From positions 24,475 through 88,474 of the forward strand of contig CBCSTG010000006.1 of NCBI GenBank assembly GCA_965143025.1: 64,000 nucleotides of DNA, given 5' to 3'. This document shows, one piece after another, positions 1 to 12,220 of the stretch. The DNA comes from an uncultured Bacteroidales bacterium (lineage in GTDB: Bacteria; Bacteroidota; Bacteroidia; Bacteroidales; Muribaculaceae). The position numbers were made by a program, and so were the translations under genes. A model generated the notes under the pieces. The model saw nothing but the letters and a program-made list of their open reading frames with translations. It did not search any database and had not been told where the DNA came from. Within the stretch, counting starts at the first letter, position 1; each line of letters starts with the position of its first letter.

Positions 1-2660
1 TCAATCAATTGCGAGCTGCAAGATTCGGGTAACACTGTCGCAACCAATTGCATCGTTTCTCCGACTTTAAGCTCAACAGAAAATTCGTTTAAGAATATAG
101 AATAAGCTAATTCCGGGTCAACCTTAACTCTGAACATAGCATTGTGCTCAGTCCCGTCATAATCAGTGATTTTCACTCTGATTATTGTCTCACCGACTTT
201 GAAACCATAGATTATGCCTTCAGGAGTACTCCATGCTATCCTCGGGTCATCACTTTTCCATACAATAGATTTGTAATCAGCATTGGCCGGAACAAGTTGA
301 GGTATCGCCAAAGCATAATCATTCGCATGTATACTCATATCACTAAATAATATCGATTCAGGCTTCACTTTAGGAGGCATGGAACATATTTTAACCGGGG
401 ACAGAATGTTACCATATTTCCCGACGGCACATTCTCCTTGTCCATTGTTTCCCCAAGCATATAATTCTCCCCCCGTCGTTATAGCCATCATGCTACCTCC
501 TTGTCCTATAGTTATATCATCAACATTATCCAATACTTTCTGTGGCCGTGCTCGAGAAAATACTGTTCCATCACCAATCCCTACAGGGTCATCACCCTTA
601 ACTCCTCCCCATCCCCATAGGGTTTTGTCTTCTTTGATTGCATAAGCATGAGCCCATCCAAGAGCAACAAATTTAACATCATCCAGAATTTTCACAGGCT
701 TATTCCTTTGAGTTGTCGTGCCATCACCCAACGAACCGTAATTATTTCCCCAGCCCCATAAAGTTCCATCGTTTTTAATTGCATAAAACCTAAATATAAA
801 ATGGTGAGATGCATGAGGAATGTATTTAACATCATCAAGAATCTTAACAGGATAAAGACAATCTGCAGTTGTTCCGTTGCCAATCTGCCCGGAATTATTA
901 TCTCCGCAAGCAAATAATTGCCCTCTGTCATCTAAAATATAGCTACTGTTATTTACAATAGAAACATCTTTTATCCCGTCCATAATTTTAACGGGAGCAA
1001 TTATTGTATCGGTTGTCCCGATACCTAATTGCCCGTCACTGTTAATTCCCCAGCCCCACAATGAACCATCCTGCTTAATAACAAGAGTGTGTCTGTGTGC
1101 CCTCACTTGAGATACATTATCCATAATCTTAACAGGAGCCGAAACGCTTTCTCGTGTGCCGTTTCCCAATTGGCCGTATTGGTTATTGCCCCATGCCCAT
1201 AACGAATGGTCTGACAATATAGCGTAGCTGATGCTATAACCTTGACAAATTGAAATCGCATCTTTTAAAATAAGTTTAGGATAGACATTAGATTCGGTAT
1301 CAGGAAGTCCGTAAGTATAACCCCATTGATAAACTTCTCCGCTATTAGTAAGTGCCATCGAAGGGTTGTTGATACTGATATCCTTAACATTGTCAAGAAC
1401 TTTTGTTAATATTCTGACACTACCCTCTGATTCATAACCCAATTCATTATTTTTATTATATCCGGCACTCCATAATGATCCGTCATCCTTAACAACAAAC
1501 GATGTCTGAGTATGACAAACAGCTTTTACGACCCGAGATGTCCCTTTTATATTGACATCTAAAGAGGCGCTGAAATTAGGCTCTCCATCTTCGCTTTCAA
1601 TAGCCTCTTGAGGTATATTGAAATTATACTTTCCAACGGCCAACTGTGCGTCCGGTTTAAAAAACAGTTGATTCCAGTTAAGGATAATCTCTCCCGGCAC
1701 AGAGTTGTTTTCTACATCCGTGAACGATATCTTATCATAGAATCGACCTTGGCATATATTTTTATTAAAAACAAATACAGGTATCAGTTTATCTCTCCAT
1801 ATCTCTTCCTCAGTTGTCGGATATTTCTTAACTACTTTAAGACTTGATACTCTATACGACTGCATTAAAATGCTACTGTCATAATATCCATCTTTTATCG
1901 CAATAGCCTTGATAGTTAAATCTTTATCCAAAACTATTGGGCCGGTATATTTTATAGATGACTTCGTAGGTGAGGTCCCGTCTATCGTATAATAAATATC
2001 AGCTGTTGAAGGTGACGCACTTAATGTTATCTCAGTCCCTGTTTCAACTAATGCATTTTTATTGTTGACCGACAGTCTGACCGTAGGCTTTACGACATCA
2101 ACATGGCACGAGGCATAATATCCGTTATCAGTAGATACGGTAATTGTTGCAGTCCCTTCTCTGTTAGCAATAACCGTTCCGTTTGAAGTAACATTTGCCA
2201 CATTAGCATTTGAAGTACGCCATGAAAGGTCTGTCTTTGCTCCAGAAGGTCTAATGTCGGGAGTAATTGTATAGCGATCTCCGGGATGTAATGTCAAACT
2301 GCTTATTATTGATATGCCGGTAGGATGACTTTCTTTTATTGATATCATAAAATCCTCCCTTGCACTTAAATATAATCCGTTCCACATATATTTGTAATCA
2401 CAGCTAACTAATACTGTAAGCGTGCTATACTCTTTAACGGTTATGTAAGTGTAGGACCCGTATTGCGGACCATCTATACTTACTGCTGAACTATTTGAAG
2501 TCCAAACCATTGTATTGCTTAGCGACCCGCTCTTGGGAGTAAAAGAAAGCATCTTTTGCTCGCCAACGCTCAGTGTATAAGATCCCCCTGCAAATGACAC
2601 AGAATGAGAGAATAATAAAACTAAAAGAGTTATTAATAGTGTGATAAATCGATGTTTCAT
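1..2660 (-). CDS. Large secreted surface protein with signal peptide, Ig-like (BIG2-type) domains and RCC1-like repeats; 3' end lies beyond the window start
   Basis: The minus-strand ORF is open from ATG at 2658-2660 to the window edge, which is why it is absent from the ORF track. The N-terminus [24 protein letters not shown] is a signal peptide. It carries repeated RCC1-type motifs (GNNxYGQLG, WGWGxNxxGQLG) and AT/BIG2-like segments. Confidence 0.7.
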   Translation of the reverse strand, partial: MKHRFITLLITLLVLLFSHSVSFAGGSYTLSVGEQKMLSFTPKSGSLSNTMVWTSNSSAVSIDGPQYGSYTYITVKEYSTLTVLVSCDYKYMWNGLYLSAREDFMISIKESHPTGISIISSLTLHPGDRYTITPDIRPSGAKTDLSWRTSNANVANVTSNGTVIANREGTATITVSTDNGYYASCHVDVVKPTVRLSVNNKNALVETGTEITLSASPSTADIYYTIDGTSPTKSSIKYTGPIVLDKDLTIKAIAIKDGYYDSSILMQSYRVSSLKVVKKYPTTEEEIWRDKLIPVFVFNKNICQGRFYDKISFTDVENNSVPGEIILNWNQLFFKPDAQLAVGKYNFNIPQEAIESEDGEPNFSASLDVNIKGTSRVVKAVCHTQTSFVVKDDGSLWSAGYNKNNELGYESEGSVRILTKVLDNVKDISINNPSMALTNSGEVYQWGYTYGLPDTESNVYPKLILKDAISICQGYSISYAILSDHSLWAWGNNQYGQLGNGTRESVSAPVKIMDNVSQVRAHRHTLVIKQDGSLWGWGINSDGQLGIGTTDTIIAPVKIMDGIKDVSIVNNSSYILDDRGQLFACGDNNSGQIGNGTTADCLYPVKILDDVKYIPHASHHFIFRFYAIKNDGTLWGWGNNYGSLGDGTTTQRNKPVKILDDVKFVALGWAHAYAIKEDKTLWGWGGVKGDDPVGIGDGTVFSRARPQKVLDNVDDITIGQGGSMMAITTGGELYAWGNNGQGECAVGKYGNILSPVKICSMPPKVKPESILFSDMSIHANDYALAIPQLVPANADYKSIVWKSDDPRIAWSTPEGIIYGFKVGETIIRVKITDYDGTEHNAMFRVKVDPELAYSIFLNEFSVELKVGETMQLVATVLPESCSSQLI

Positions 2661-3004
2661 ATTTGCGTCAAAAAATATGTTTTTCATGTTACACCAATAG
2701 AATATTATGTCTACCTGATATTTATAAGCGATCCATTAAATTTCAGATAAGAAAAAAATCTTTGAAACACATTGTGAGATGAACATCAGTTGCCCTGAGT
2801 AAGCTTCTAAGTGACAGTGTGTGCGGTAAAATTAATAACAGTTTTTAAGATTTGCAAGGAATGGACTAAAGAATTTTTTCGGATGCTTAAATGGGGAAGT
2901 TGCCTCATACGCATCCGGAATATGTATATGGATGTGCCTGACATGGAGGGCCGATTTTAACCGCTATCGGCAAATCGTCACTCCACAAAACATCCGCACC
3001 GGTT

Positions 3005-4210
3005 TCAGAGCCGTACGCCCATGCCGAGCATGAGGTTTTGGGGATTTTTGAAGTTACCGAGGCGATAGCCGACGTTAATAAAGATGTGACGGGTGATAAA
3101 GGTCTTGAGGGCGAGCGACTGGTAGAAGCGCTTGTCGCCGCGCGGGTTGACGATGTTGAATCCCAGACCGGCATTTACCGCAAAAATCGGCATGGTGAGC
3201 TCGGCATGGGCCGACAGACCGACGCCAATTTGTTTGCCGAACGGCGGACGATAGAACTTGATGTTATCACCGTAGCTGCCGTCTAACCAGTACTGCTCAA
3301 GGCAGGCACTCTGGTCCCACTGCAGGTCAAGCGACGGGCCGACGGCCACATAGCGGTTGAGTTTGCGCATCGGCGAGAACTGCAGGCCGGCGACGGCAAA
3401 ACGGCCGGGACACATCTGTGCCTCGGCGGGGTCGCCTACCGAAACCGTGCGCTTGCGCCACGCACCGTAGCCGATGATGTCATAGACCCAGCGGCCGCGG
3501 TCGGCATCGGCAATGAGAGTCCCGTCAGTCTGCGCATCGGCCTGACGACGGTCGGGATTGATTAAATATGTCAGGCCCACGGAGAGACCGACGGTATTGA
3601 CGCCGGCATTGGGCCACTCGGTGTTGCCGTTTGAGAAGTGGCGTCCCGCGACGCCGACGGCGAGCTGCAGGCGGTCACTGAGGCTGTAGCGGAGCTTGAC
3701 GCCGAGGCCGATGTGAGCCGTCACGGAGGTACTGACGGCCGCATTATCCTCGTCGACATCCACATCAAAGTGTTTCCAGCCGAAGGCCGCGCCAAACTGC
3801 CACTCATAGTCCAATCTCAGGCGGCTGCCGAAACGTGCTATCGGCGCACCCTGATAGACGTAGGCCGAGACGGGCGTGCCGAGACGCTTGGAGTCAAAAA
3901 ACGTATTGACTCCAATGCCTATGCCCTGATACAAGCCACGATAGAGTATGCCCTCGCGCGTGTCACGATCGAACGAGAAACCGGCGCGCACATCGCCGCC
4001 GGCGGAGCTGTCGATTTTCTTGCCGTCGGGATAGTCGCCACGCAGAAACCCGTTTGTACCCGGCACATATGCGCCCGTGAGCTGTGCGCCGACATGCCAT
4101 TGCAACGGACGGGCAAATCCGGCGGCTATAGAGTCGGCCTTGGCTACTGAAGAACAGAGCACAAACAATATGAGCAATAACTTATTTCGCATTTTCGAGA
4201 TGTATTTCAT
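3005..4210 (-). CDS. Outer-membrane beta-barrel protein, possibly of the lipid A deacylase/acyloxyacyl hydrolase (PagL-like) family
   Basis: A 401-aa ORF with an N-terminal signal peptide (MKYISKMRNKLLLILFVLCSSVAKA). Composition is Gly/Tyr-rich with alternating beta-strand patterns; the family assignment is from memory only. Confidence 0.45.
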   Translation of the reverse strand: MKYISKMRNKLLLILFVLCSSVAKADSIAAGFARPLQWHVGAQLTGAYVPGTNGFLRGDYPDGKKIDSSAGGDVRAGFSFDRDTREGILYRGLYQGIGIGVNTFFDSKRLGTPVSAYVYQGAPIARFGSRLRLDYEWQFGAAFGWKHFDVDVDEDNAAVSTSVTAHIGLGVKLRYSLSDRLQLAVGVAGRHFSNGNTEWPNAGVNTVGLSVGLTYLINPDRRQADAQTDGTLIADADRGRWVYDIIGYGAWRKRTVSVGDPAEAQMCPGRFAVAGLQFSPMRKLNRYVAVGPSLDLQWDQSACLEQYWLDGSYGDNIKFYRPPFGKQIGVGLSAHAELTMPIFAVNAGLGFNIVNPRGDKRFYQSLALKTFITRHIFINVGYRLGNFKNPQNLMLGMGVRL

Positions 4211-5108
4211 AGCTTACAGGATATAAGGAGGTGCATTTAAAATCTACGTCAATCCGACGGTCTGTCACCGGGTTGACAAAGCGCATCGTGCCGCGGCCCG
4301 TCGCTCCGGCGTAGGTTACGTCAGTCACGACTCTGACACTTGCATAAGGAGCCACGTCATATGTGACGGCGACATCCATCATGTCGGGACGGTAGTATTT
4401 ATAGCTGATGCCCGGACTCATCTGACGCGGCTGCATCTGCCACTCGCCGCCGGTGTAGACAGGCACGGGGATGGTCAGCTCCTCGTCATAGACCCACGAG
4501 TCAAACATGACGGGGTCGACGAGTATCGAGGCCTGTTCGCCGAGATAGGGCATCACCTTGACCTGTTTGGCCTCATTGCTGCCGTTTTCAAAGGTGTATC
4601 TGTGGGTCCTGACATCAGCGCGGTCATTGACGCGTACGCCGTCAGGATATTCGATATCCAACAGCTGCATGGGCATGCCGGCGAGCACCTCCACCTCGAT
4701 CAGCCTGACGGTATAATTATAGTCAAGGCGGATGGTACGTCTGAGAGTGCCCACAGTATTTGTCACACTCTCGAAGTGAAGGCGGTCGCCCTCTTTGGTG
4801 ATAATAAACTCGACGCGGCTGTTGTCATAAACCATCTTGGCCACCTCAGACGCAGGCGAATTGCGCGGGATTATCTCACCCGAGTAGTTGTAATATGTGA
4901 AGTTACGCTGCTGGTCGCTGTATAGGTCGACACTGATACGGTCAAGACCGCGCACGTCGATTGCGAACGAGGCTCGGCCGCCGTCGCCGTCGACTGTCGC
5001 CGTCTGCTCGTCGGGCATACTGATTTCGTCGACAAACACATCGTTGCTGCATGCCGTCATAAAAACGGCGGGACCGATAATCAAAAATAATGTTTTATAG
5101 TTGTTCAT
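4182..5108 (-). CDS. Hypothetical lipoprotein
   Basis: Internal start MNNYKTLFLIIGPAVFMTACSN gives a signal peptide with a lipobox Cys. The upstream ORF extension is low-complexity and lacks a signal. Confidence 0.55.
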   Translation of the reverse strand: MNNYKTLFLIIGPAVFMTACSNDVFVDEISMPDEQTATVDGDGGRASFAIDVRGLDRISVDLYSDQQRNFTYYNYSGEIIPRNSPASEVAKMVYDNSRVEFIITKEGDRLHFESVTNTVGTLRRTIRLDYNYTVRLIEVEVLAGMPMQLLDIEYPDGVRVNDRADVRTHRYTFENGSNEAKQVKVMPYLGEQASILVDPVMFDSWVYDEELTIPVPVYTGGEWQMQPRQMSPGISYKYYRPDMMDVAVTYDVAPYASVRVVTDVTYAGATGRGTMRFVNPVTDRRIDVDFKCTSLYPVSYEIHLENAK

Positions 5109-5127
5109 TGCAGATTGTGAAAAATGC

Positions 5128-6099
5128 TCAGATATGGCGCTCCTTGTTGTGGCTGTGGCGGTGCTTGATGCGCAGATGATCAAAGCCGTTGCCGTAGACC
5201 GAACGCACGGGAGCATTGGTGATGATGGCGTCGGGGTCTTCGTCTTTAATAATCGACATGATGCGGTAAGTGTCGTATTTTCGACACCAGACGAGCATCA
5301 CACGGCGCTGATTGTGAGTCCAGAAGCCCTCGGCGTCCCATGTGGTCACGCCGCGGCCCGTCTCGTGGGTGATGCGGTCGGCGATGCGCTCCCATCGGTT
5401 TGACATGATGATAAACTGCGACGTCTGCTTGCCCTCGGCCAGAAACTTGTCGGCAATATATGAATAGACGAATATGGCCATCCAGCCGTAGATAATCGAC
5501 TGTGCGCGTGACTGTATACGGGCCTCCATGTCGCCGTCGAACGGCAGAAAGAACGAGCATGCGACAATCGACACATCGACTATCATCAGCACGCGTCCGA
5601 TGCTCATGTCGCTGAATTTGGACGCCACGGCCGCCACGATATCGGTGCCTCCCGATGTGCCGTTATGGCTGTAGCACAAGCCGAGTCCGAGACCGAGCAT
5701 TACGGCGCCTATGCCCACACTCATGGTCGTGTCGACAACGATGGCCGGATGATTGCCTATAAGTTCTTCCATCGTGCCAATCATGACCGACAGGAGCGTA
5801 GTGCCGAAAATCGTCTTGGCTACAAAACCTTTGCCGAGATAGCGGAAACTGCATATCAGCAGCAGGATATTGGTGCCGTACATCGTCACGGCCACCGGAA
5901 GAGCGCCGTTGGTGATGTAATAGACCAGTGTACTGAAACCGGCCATACCGCCGATGACTATCTTGTGCGGCAGAATAAAGACAGTGAATCCTACCGAATA
6001 GATAGCTATGCCTATCACTATGCCTATCAGGTCTTTGATTTCCTTTCGTGCACGTGATTTGAACTGTGTCATTAACGAGTGTGTATGATTGGCGTCCAT
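5128..6099 (-). CDS. YitT-family membrane protein (DUF161/DUF2179)
   Basis: A multi-TM N-terminal region followed by a C-terminal DUF2179-like domain; 323 aa. Confidence 0.6.
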   Translation of the reverse strand: MDANHTHSLMTQFKSRARKEIKDLIGIVIGIAIYSVGFTVFILPHKIVIGGMAGFSTLVYYITNGALPVAVTMYGTNILLLICSFRYLGKGFVAKTIFGTTLLSVMIGTMEELIGNHPAIVVDTTMSVGIGAVMLGLGLGLCYSHNGTSGGTDIVAAVASKFSDMSIGRVLMIVDVSIVACSFFLPFDGDMEARIQSRAQSIIYGWMAIFVYSYIADKFLAEGKQTSQFIIMSNRWERIADRITHETGRGVTTWDAEGFWTHNQRRVMLVWCRKYDTYRIMSIIKDEDPDAIITNAPVRSVYGNGFDHLRIKHRHSHNKERHI

Positions 6100-6153
6100 G
6101 GCGTTGATGATGAGAGGCTTGTTGTTTTATGATTTATACAGATGAATTATATT

Positions 6154-7563
6154 TCAGTCGTCGCGGCGGTTGCCGATGATGTAAAGATGTTTGCGCGCAC
6201 GTGTCACGGCCGTATATAGCCAACGGTAAAACTCGGCGCCCATTGCCTCGGGCGGCACATAGCTGAGGTCGACAAACACATTGGCCCACTGACCGCCCTG
6301 AGCCTTGTGACAGGTGGCGGCATAGGCATATTTGACCTGCAGGGCGTTCCAGTAAGGATTGTCGCGTAGTTTACGCACACGCAATTCGTAGGGCATCTCG
6401 GCCGGGAAGAACTCGGGATCGTCGATAATGCCGTAATACAGTGTGTTGTAGGCCTCCTGAGACAGTCCGGCACCCTCTGACGAGAGTGTTGCCAGCATTA
6501 TCTTGGCCTCGAAGACATCGTCGGGGCGGTCCGGCAGGCAGAGCGTCACGTCGGCAAAGCGCATGCCGTAGCGCTCGTGGGTGCCGATGACCGAGTCTAC
6601 GGCCACAACGTCGCCGTTGGCCACGAAATCGACATCCTTGACCTTGCGGACCCAGTAATAGTTGTTCTTGGCCACGATGAGCAGCTCGCCCTGACGCAAC
6701 TCCTCCTCGATGTAAAGCACATTGGCGCGGATGGCGCGGTTGTAGTCTGTCGCGGTGCGGTTGCTGCGGGTGATGACAAGTGTCTCGCCGAGGCCGTCGC
6801 GGCGGTATGCCGTCTCCAAGACTTCGGGCAGGTCCTCGGGGCTGACCTCGGTCACATCGTCATATCCTGCGCGCACAGGCTCGGCCGGCATCTTCTCGGG
6901 AGCGAGCATGGCGCGGCGCAGGCGCGTGGCGTTGACCAATATGCCCGAGCCGCGGGCCTGACGGGCGGTCTCGGTCAGTGTGGCGCGCGTGACCTTGAGG
7001 CCGAATTTGCGCAAAGCCTCGGCCTCCATGGCGGGTGACGACTGAGAGCCGACCGGTGGCAGCTGAGCGGTGTCGCCGAGCAGTATCAGGCGGCAGTTGA
7101 TGCCGGAATAGACAAACTGCACGAGGTCTTCCAGCAGGTTTGAGCCGCGCTCGTCGCCGGCGCCTATCATCGAGGCCTCGTCGACGATAAAGACGGTGTC
7201 TTTGGCGTTGTTGTCGCGCACCGGAGCGGCGCCCGAGCCGAACTCGGCGCCGAACGAGTGGCGGTAAATCTTGCGGTGGATGGTATAGGCCTGACGGCCG
7301 GCATAGGCTCCGAAAACCTTGGCCGCGCGGCCTGTGGGCGCCATCAGCACGGTCTGCACCCCGGCGTCGGCGAGGGTACGCACGAGGGCACCCGTAAGCG
7401 AGGTCTTACCGGTGCCGGCATAGCCGTTGAGTATGAACACCGAGTCCTGACGTGCGCCGGGAGCGCAGAATCGCGACAGCGCGGCGATGACCGCGACCTG
7501 CTGGTCGTTGGGCTCGTATGGCAGGTTAAGCATCACCTGCGCCGCAAACTGCTTGTCGTCCAT
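6154..7563 (-). CDS. RecD-like / AAA_30-family ATP-dependent DNA helicase
   Basis: Walker A GYAGTGKT, a Walker B motif at FIVDEASM, and a C-terminal UvrD_C-like motif (CHKAQGGQW); 469 aa. Confidence 0.7.
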   Translation of the reverse strand: MDDKQFAAQVMLNLPYEPNDQQVAVIAALSRFCAPGARQDSVFILNGYAGTGKTSLTGALVRTLADAGVQTVLMAPTGRAAKVFGAYAGRQAYTIHRKIYRHSFGAEFGSGAAPVRDNNAKDTVFIVDEASMIGAGDERGSNLLEDLVQFVYSGINCRLILLGDTAQLPPVGSQSSPAMEAEALRKFGLKVTRATLTETARQARGSGILVNATRLRRAMLAPEKMPAEPVRAGYDDVTEVSPEDLPEVLETAYRRDGLGETLVITRSNRTATDYNRAIRANVLYIEEELRQGELLIVAKNNYYWVRKVKDVDFVANGDVVAVDSVIGTHERYGMRFADVTLCLPDRPDDVFEAKIMLATLSSEGAGLSQEAYNTLYYGIIDDPEFFPAEMPYELRVRKLRDNPYWNALQVKYAYAATCHKAQGGQWANVFVDLSYVPPEAMGAEFYRWLYTAVTRARKHLYIIGNRRDD

Positions 7564-7572
7564 GGCTTTATA

Positions 7573-8538
7573 TCAAGACTTCTGTTTGACGCGTCCCTTC
7601 ATCGGCCCGGGCGCAAAGGCCACGAGAGCCACACCGACAAATATCATCAGCGTGGCGCCGATATTGGCCCAGCCGAAGGCAGCGAGGCCCATACCCGAGG
7701 CGATGGCAGCGGCCGTGAGCGGTTGTATGTAATTATACATGGCTACAGTAGTCGGGCGCAGGCGCTGCTGGGCATAGACCATGCAGACATAGCTGATGAA
7801 CGTCGGGCCGAGGACTATGAAGATTATCGACGCCCAGAGCGAGGCGTCCATGGCCTGCAGGTCTATCGACAATATGGCCGGCACAGTGAACGGCACCCAT
7901 GTCAGCGTGCCCAAAAGGAAGAGCCATTTGAGCAGCGTGAGCGGATGGTAGCGGTCGATGACACTGCGGAACGAAGTGAAGTAGACCGCCGCACAAATCT
8001 GCGCGCAGAGACACATCAGGTTGCCCGCCGTGGGGTTTGAGGCTATTGCAGCCGACTCTGTGCTACGCGAGGCGAAGGCCATCAGCAGCGCTCCCCCGAG
8101 ACCGAGAGCCACGCCCGCGACTTTCATCACCGTCAGCGGCATGGCTATGAAGATAGCGGCGAAAATCAGAGTAAATACAGGAGTCATGGTCGACATCACC
8201 GTCGCCTCAAAGGGCGTCGTGTAGCCAATGCCGAGGATAAACAGGCCCTGATTGGCCGAGATTATCATCACCGACATCAGCAGCAGACGCCACAGGTCGC
8301 CGCGCTGCATGCGGCCGTCGCCGGCGACACTCTGCGGCAGGAAAGCCGCGACAACCCACAGCACGAGCGTGCCGCCGAGAATACGTATGCCCGATAAGGC
8401 GACGGGCATGACGGCCCCTGAGACCATCACGCCCTTAGCCACCGGGCTCATAGCGCCCCAGAGCACACCGGCTATCAGTATAGCGATGTGTCCCCGGAGC
8501 ATGTCCGGACTGATATGTTTTATTTTTTCAGACTCCAT
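7573..8538 (-). CDS. DMT-superfamily (EamA-like) transporter
   Basis: A 321-aa protein with about 10 TM helices and the duplicated EamA-type topology. Confidence 0.65.
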   Translation of the reverse strand: MESEKIKHISPDMLRGHIAILIAGVLWGAMSPVAKGVMVSGAVMPVALSGIRILGGTLVLWVVAAFLPQSVAGDGRMQRGDLWRLLLMSVMIISANQGLFILGIGYTTPFEATVMSTMTPVFTLIFAAIFIAMPLTVMKVAGVALGLGGALLMAFASRSTESAAIASNPTAGNLMCLCAQICAAVYFTSFRSVIDRYHPLTLLKWLFLLGTLTWVPFTVPAILSIDLQAMDASLWASIIFIVLGPTFISYVCMVYAQQRLRPTTVAMYNYIQPLTAAAIASGMGLAAFGWANIGATLMIFVGVALVAFAPGPMKGRVKQKS

Positions 8539-10019
8539 TCCCAGCCATCCTTCGTGTCCTTGACGTCAAATCCGATTTCGGACAGACGGTTGCGGATGAG
8601 GTCTGACGTAGTCCAGTCTTTATTGCGTTTGGCCTCAGAGCGCAGCTCAAGTAGCAGGTTGACGGCATGCTCGTAGGGCTTGAGTGCGTCGGCTCCCTGA
8701 GTGCCGTCTGCGGCCACTCCGTCGGGACGCACGCCGAGTATCTCAACGAGGAAGGTGTCAAAGAGCTTGCGCAGGGCCTCGAGGTCCTCGGCCGAAGCCT
8801 TGGCTTTGCCGTCGTTAATCTGATTGACGATGCGGCAGGCCTCGAAGAGCGCGGCGATGACCATCGGGGTGTTGAAGTCGTCGTCCAAAGCCTCGTAGCA
8901 CTGGCGGCTGATGGCCTCGATGTCGTGCTGAGGGGTGTCGGCGCTCGGCGTCAGGTCGCGCAGACGGCGATAACCGTCGAGCATACGTCCCAGAGCCTTC
9001 TCGGCGCCCTGCAGGGCCTCGTTGCTGAAGTCGACCGTGCCGCGGTAGTGAGCCTGAAGGATAAAGAAGCGTATGGTCATCGGCGAGTAGGCCTGCGCGA
9101 GCAGCGGATGGGAGCCCGTGAAGAACTCATCAAGCGTGATGAAATTGCCGAGCGACTTGCCCATCTTCTTGCCGTTGATGGTAATCATGTTGTTGTGCAT
9201 CCAGTACTTGACCGTCGGCTCGCCGTTGTGGGCGACGGACTGTGCAATCTCGCAGTCGTGATGCGGGAACTTGAGGTCCATGCCACCGCCGTGGATGTCA
9301 AAGTGGTTGCCGAGATACTTCTCGCCCATGGTCGAGCACTCCAGATGCCAGCCGGGGAAACCCTCGCTCCAAGGCGACGGCCAGTGCATGATGTGTTCGG
9401 GCGCGGCCTTTTTCCAGAGGGCGAAATCGGCCGGATTGCGTTTCTCGCTCTGACCGTCGAGATCGCGCGTCGTGGCGAGAAGCTCGTCGATGTTGCGGCC
9501 CGACAGACGTCCGTAGCCGTAGTCGCGGTTGAATTTGGGCACGTCGAAGTAGACCGAACCCTCGCTGACATAGGCATAGCCGCTCTCGAGTATCTTCTTG
9601 ATATACTCAATCTGCTCTATTATATGGCCCGAGGCGTGGGGCTCGATTGACGGGGGCAGCACGTTGAGCGCGTCCATGGCGCGGTGATAGCGGTTGAGAT
9701 AGTACTGCACCACCTCCATGGGCTCTAACTGCTCGAGACGGGCTTTCTTGGCAATCTTATCCTCACCGTCGTCGGCATCATGCTCGAGATGGCCGACATC
9801 GGTGATGTTGCGCACATAGCGCACCTTGTAGCCGAGATGTGTCAGATAGCGGTAGACCACGTCGAAAGTGATTGCCGGACGGGCATGGCCGAGATGGCCG
9901 TCGCCGTAGACAGTCGGGCCGCAGACATATATGCCGACACGGTCTTCGTGCAGAGGTTTGAATGTCTCTTTGTTGCGGCTGAGCGTGTTATAGACAGTGA
10001 GGTTATTGGGCTTAATCAT
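8520..10019 (-). CDS. cysS: Cysteine--tRNA ligase
   Basis: Class I aaRS motifs: HIGH-type signature (GHLGHAR) near CGPTVY and KMSKS (KMGKS); 499 aa. Its 3' end overlaps the start of the EamA gene by 19 bp. Confidence 0.9.
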   Translation of the reverse strand: MIKPNNLTVYNTLSRNKETFKPLHEDRVGIYVCGPTVYGDGHLGHARPAITFDVVYRYLTHLGYKVRYVRNITDVGHLEHDADDGEDKIAKKARLEQLEPMEVVQYYLNRYHRAMDALNVLPPSIEPHASGHIIEQIEYIKKILESGYAYVSEGSVYFDVPKFNRDYGYGRLSGRNIDELLATTRDLDGQSEKRNPADFALWKKAAPEHIMHWPSPWSEGFPGWHLECSTMGEKYLGNHFDIHGGGMDLKFPHHDCEIAQSVAHNGEPTVKYWMHNNMITINGKKMGKSLGNFITLDEFFTGSHPLLAQAYSPMTIRFFILQAHYRGTVDFSNEALQGAEKALGRMLDGYRRLRDLTPSADTPQHDIEAISRQCYEALDDDFNTPMVIAALFEACRIVNQINDGKAKASAEDLEALRKLFDTFLVEILGVRPDGVAADGTQGADALKPYEHAVNLLLELRSEAKRNKDWTTSDLIRNRLSEIGFDVKDTKDGWEWSLKK

Positions 10020-10333
10020 GCCATGAAAGGATTTGGAATGTCCGATCCGGGATTGGGCTTGTTGTTTTTGGGAGTTTTATGAGTGATTTCGCCGAAGGTC
10101 TGCTCGTATTTTGCAATATTGTCGCGCAGGGCGAAGAGCACGTTCTTGGCGTTCTCGGGAGTCATTATTACGCGGGTCTGCACCTTGGCCTGAGGCATAT
10201 TGGGCGCGATAGCGAGGAAATCGATAAAGAATTCGTTAGGCGAGTGTGCGATGACGGCGAAGTTGGCGTAATTGCCGCCTGCGACCTCGGGGGTGAGCTC
10301 GATTTTGAGTTCTGTTTTGTTTTCGTTAGCCAT
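10016..10333 (-). CDS. DUF3467 domain protein
   Basis: [39 protein letters not shown] matches the DUF3467 pattern. The start is taken at the internal Met. Confidence 0.6.
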   Translation of the reverse strand: MANENKTELKIELTPEVAGGNYANFAVIAHSPNEFFIDFLAIAPNMPQAKVQTRVIMTPENAKNVLFALRDNIAKYEQTFGEITHKTPKNNKPNPGSDIPNPFMA

Positions 10334-10380
10334 TATTTTAGGGTTTAAAGTTTTAATATAATGTGCCAAAGCACTGCAGC

Positions 10381-11091
10381 TTACTCGACGGGGTCGGTGC
10401 CGGGGTCTACAATCAGCGCTTTGTCAAAGCGTTTTTTCTCATAGCCGCCGCGTGTGCGGTAATAAATCTCTACGCCCTCGCAGGTCGACAGATCGAAGAC
10501 AGAGGCGATGTCAAACGAGGCGTAGATTGACTTGTTGCTGCCCATGTCAGAGTCGGTCTCGAAGACCACATAAAGTTTGGGATAAGCGTCGGCGAGGGTG
10601 GCCTTGTCTGCTACTATGGTAAATTTGGCCGGCTCGCTGCGCAGTGTGGCCTCAGCCCAGATGTTGATATATGCGCCTGTGCGGTCAAAAATAAGCATCT
10701 TGAGATAATCGTTGCGCATGCCGTCGATTTCGGCCTCAGTAGCTTCGGCCACTTTACCGTTTATGATTTTGCCGATGCCGTAGATGGTCACGGGACCGCT
10801 GGCATAGGCGTCGCTGCCGGTCGGCACATACTGCAGTATGACACGCTCGCCGGCCTTGAGGGCGTCGGAGCTGACCTTGGTGGTGGATGTCAGAGTGGCC
10901 ACGGGGCTGTCGGCGCTCTTTTGGACAGTAAAGACAGAGCCGTTGTCGCCCGAAGAGACGAATGTGGCGAACGCGGTGTTGAGATTAGAGGGGAAACCGC
11001 CTCCGGTGGTGTTATCGTCGTCGTTGCAGGATGACATGCCGAAGGCAAAAAGCAGCGTACAGATTGCGAGAAGTTTGTTGATAATTTTCAT
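10381..11091 (-). CDS. Hypothetical lipoprotein (possibly NigD-like)
   Basis: Signal peptide with lipobox (LLFAFGMSSCNDDD); 236 aa; in an operon with the ABC ATPase. Confidence 0.5.
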   Translation of the reverse strand: MKIINKLLAICTLLFAFGMSSCNDDDNTTGGGFPSNLNTAFATFVSSGDNGSVFTVQKSADSPVATLTSTTKVSSDALKAGERVILQYVPTGSDAYASGPVTIYGIGKIINGKVAEATEAEIDGMRNDYLKMLIFDRTGAYINIWAEATLRSEPAKFTIVADKATLADAYPKLYVVFETDSDMGSNKSIYASFDIASVFDLSTCEGVEIYYRTRGGYEKKRFDKALIVDPGTDPVE

Positions 11092-11139
11092 TTTGATTGT
11101 TTGTGTGATAGATTAAACGAGTTATTTATAGATTGTGGT

Positions 11140-11817
11140 TTATATAACGGTCTGATGGACAGTGTGGCCGACGATGCGTCCGTCAGCCATGTGAACTATG
11201 CGGTCGCTGTCGGCGGCGAGATTTTCGTCGTGGGTGACGATGACAAAAGTATTGCCCGACTCGTCGCGCAACTCGAAGAAGAGACGGCGCAACTCGTCAC
11301 GGTTATGAGAGTCGAGACTGCCCGAGGGCTCGTCGGCGAGGATGACCGCGGGACGGTTGATAAGCGCACGTGCCACCGCCGCACGCTGACACTCGCCGCC
11401 CGAAAGCTCTGACGGACGGTGCTCGGCGCGCGAGCCCAAGCCGAGACGGTCAGCCAAGCGGCGAGCTTCGGCAAATGCCTCAGTGCGTGAGCGTCCGGCG
11501 ATGAGGGCCGGCATGGCCACGTTCTCTATGACATTGAACTCCGGCAGCAGGCGATGGAACTGAAAGACGAAGCCGATGTTGCGGTTGCGGAACGCCGAGA
11601 GCTCGCGGTCGGCCATGGCGAACACGTCGCTGCTGTCGTAAAGCACGCGGCCGCTGTCGGGGCGCGACAGCGTGCCGACAATCTGCAGCAGCGTAGTCTT
11701 GCCCGCGCCGCTCGGGCCGACTATCGACGTGATGGCGCCCGGCACAATCTCGAGGCTCACCGAGCGGAGCACCTCAAGACTGCCGAAACTCTTGCTGATA
11801 TCGGATATCGTAATCAT
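11140..11817 (-). CDS. ABC transporter ATP-binding protein (LolD/MacB-type)
   Basis: Walker [13 protein letters not shown] signature LSGGECQR, Walker B ILADEPSG. Start at the internal [11 protein letters not shown]; the ORF-track N-terminal extension is non-coding-like. Confidence 0.8.
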   Translation of the reverse strand: MITISDISKSFGSLEVLRSVSLEIVPGAITSIVGPSGAGKTTLLQIVGTLSRPDSGRVLYDSSDVFAMADRELSAFRNRNIGFVFQFHRLLPEFNVIENVAMPALIAGRSRTEAFAEARRLADRLGLGSRAEHRPSELSGGECQRAAVARALINRPAVILADEPSGSLDSHNRDELRRLFFELRDESGNTFVIVTHDENLAADSDRIVHMADGRIVGHTVHQTVI

Positions 11818-12007
11818 CGTCGCGCTGATATTCAAAATCAAATATTTTGCGAAGTTAACAAAAATCCCCATAAGCCCAAGCACCACAAACATTTTTAAAC
11901 CCCTTTTAACGACTTCGCCCCGCCGAATCGCGTGCCCGCACGCCCAAACAGTAGGGACGCTCGGCTCGAGCGTCCGAAAATATGGAGCGCTAAAATATGG
12001 ACGGGAA

Positions 12008-12157
12008 TATGGAAGGTCGATTTGTAATCGACTATAGTAACGCACTGACTACCACCGAAATGTAGGGACTTGCCTTTGGCAAGTATAACATGGCCGCCTC
12101 GGGAATCGCGCCTTATACATGCCGTCGCTCGCATAGCTCGCTTTGGCAAGTCCGTAC
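12008..12157 (-). repeat. Interspersed palindromic repeat element (MITE/REP-like family), inverted orientation copy 1: tail unit 12008-12056 plus core 12057-12157
   Basis: The core is the reverse complement of the 16511-16606 and 29178-29269 copies (GAAATGTAGGGAC...GTATAAC...CCTTATACATGCCG...GTCCGTAC). The tail unit (GGTCGATTTGTAATCGAC hairpin) recurs at 12221. Confidence 0.75.
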
Positions 12158-12220
12158 ATTATATATCATCGCGGCGTCAGCATGTGAGACCACGGGGTAT
12201 GGAGGGACGATTTGTAATCC

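Noticed and set aside
8667-9650. 327-aa + strand ORF
   Set aside because: It lies entirely antisense within cysS; a long open antisense frame is common in high-GC genes, and it has no independent start context.
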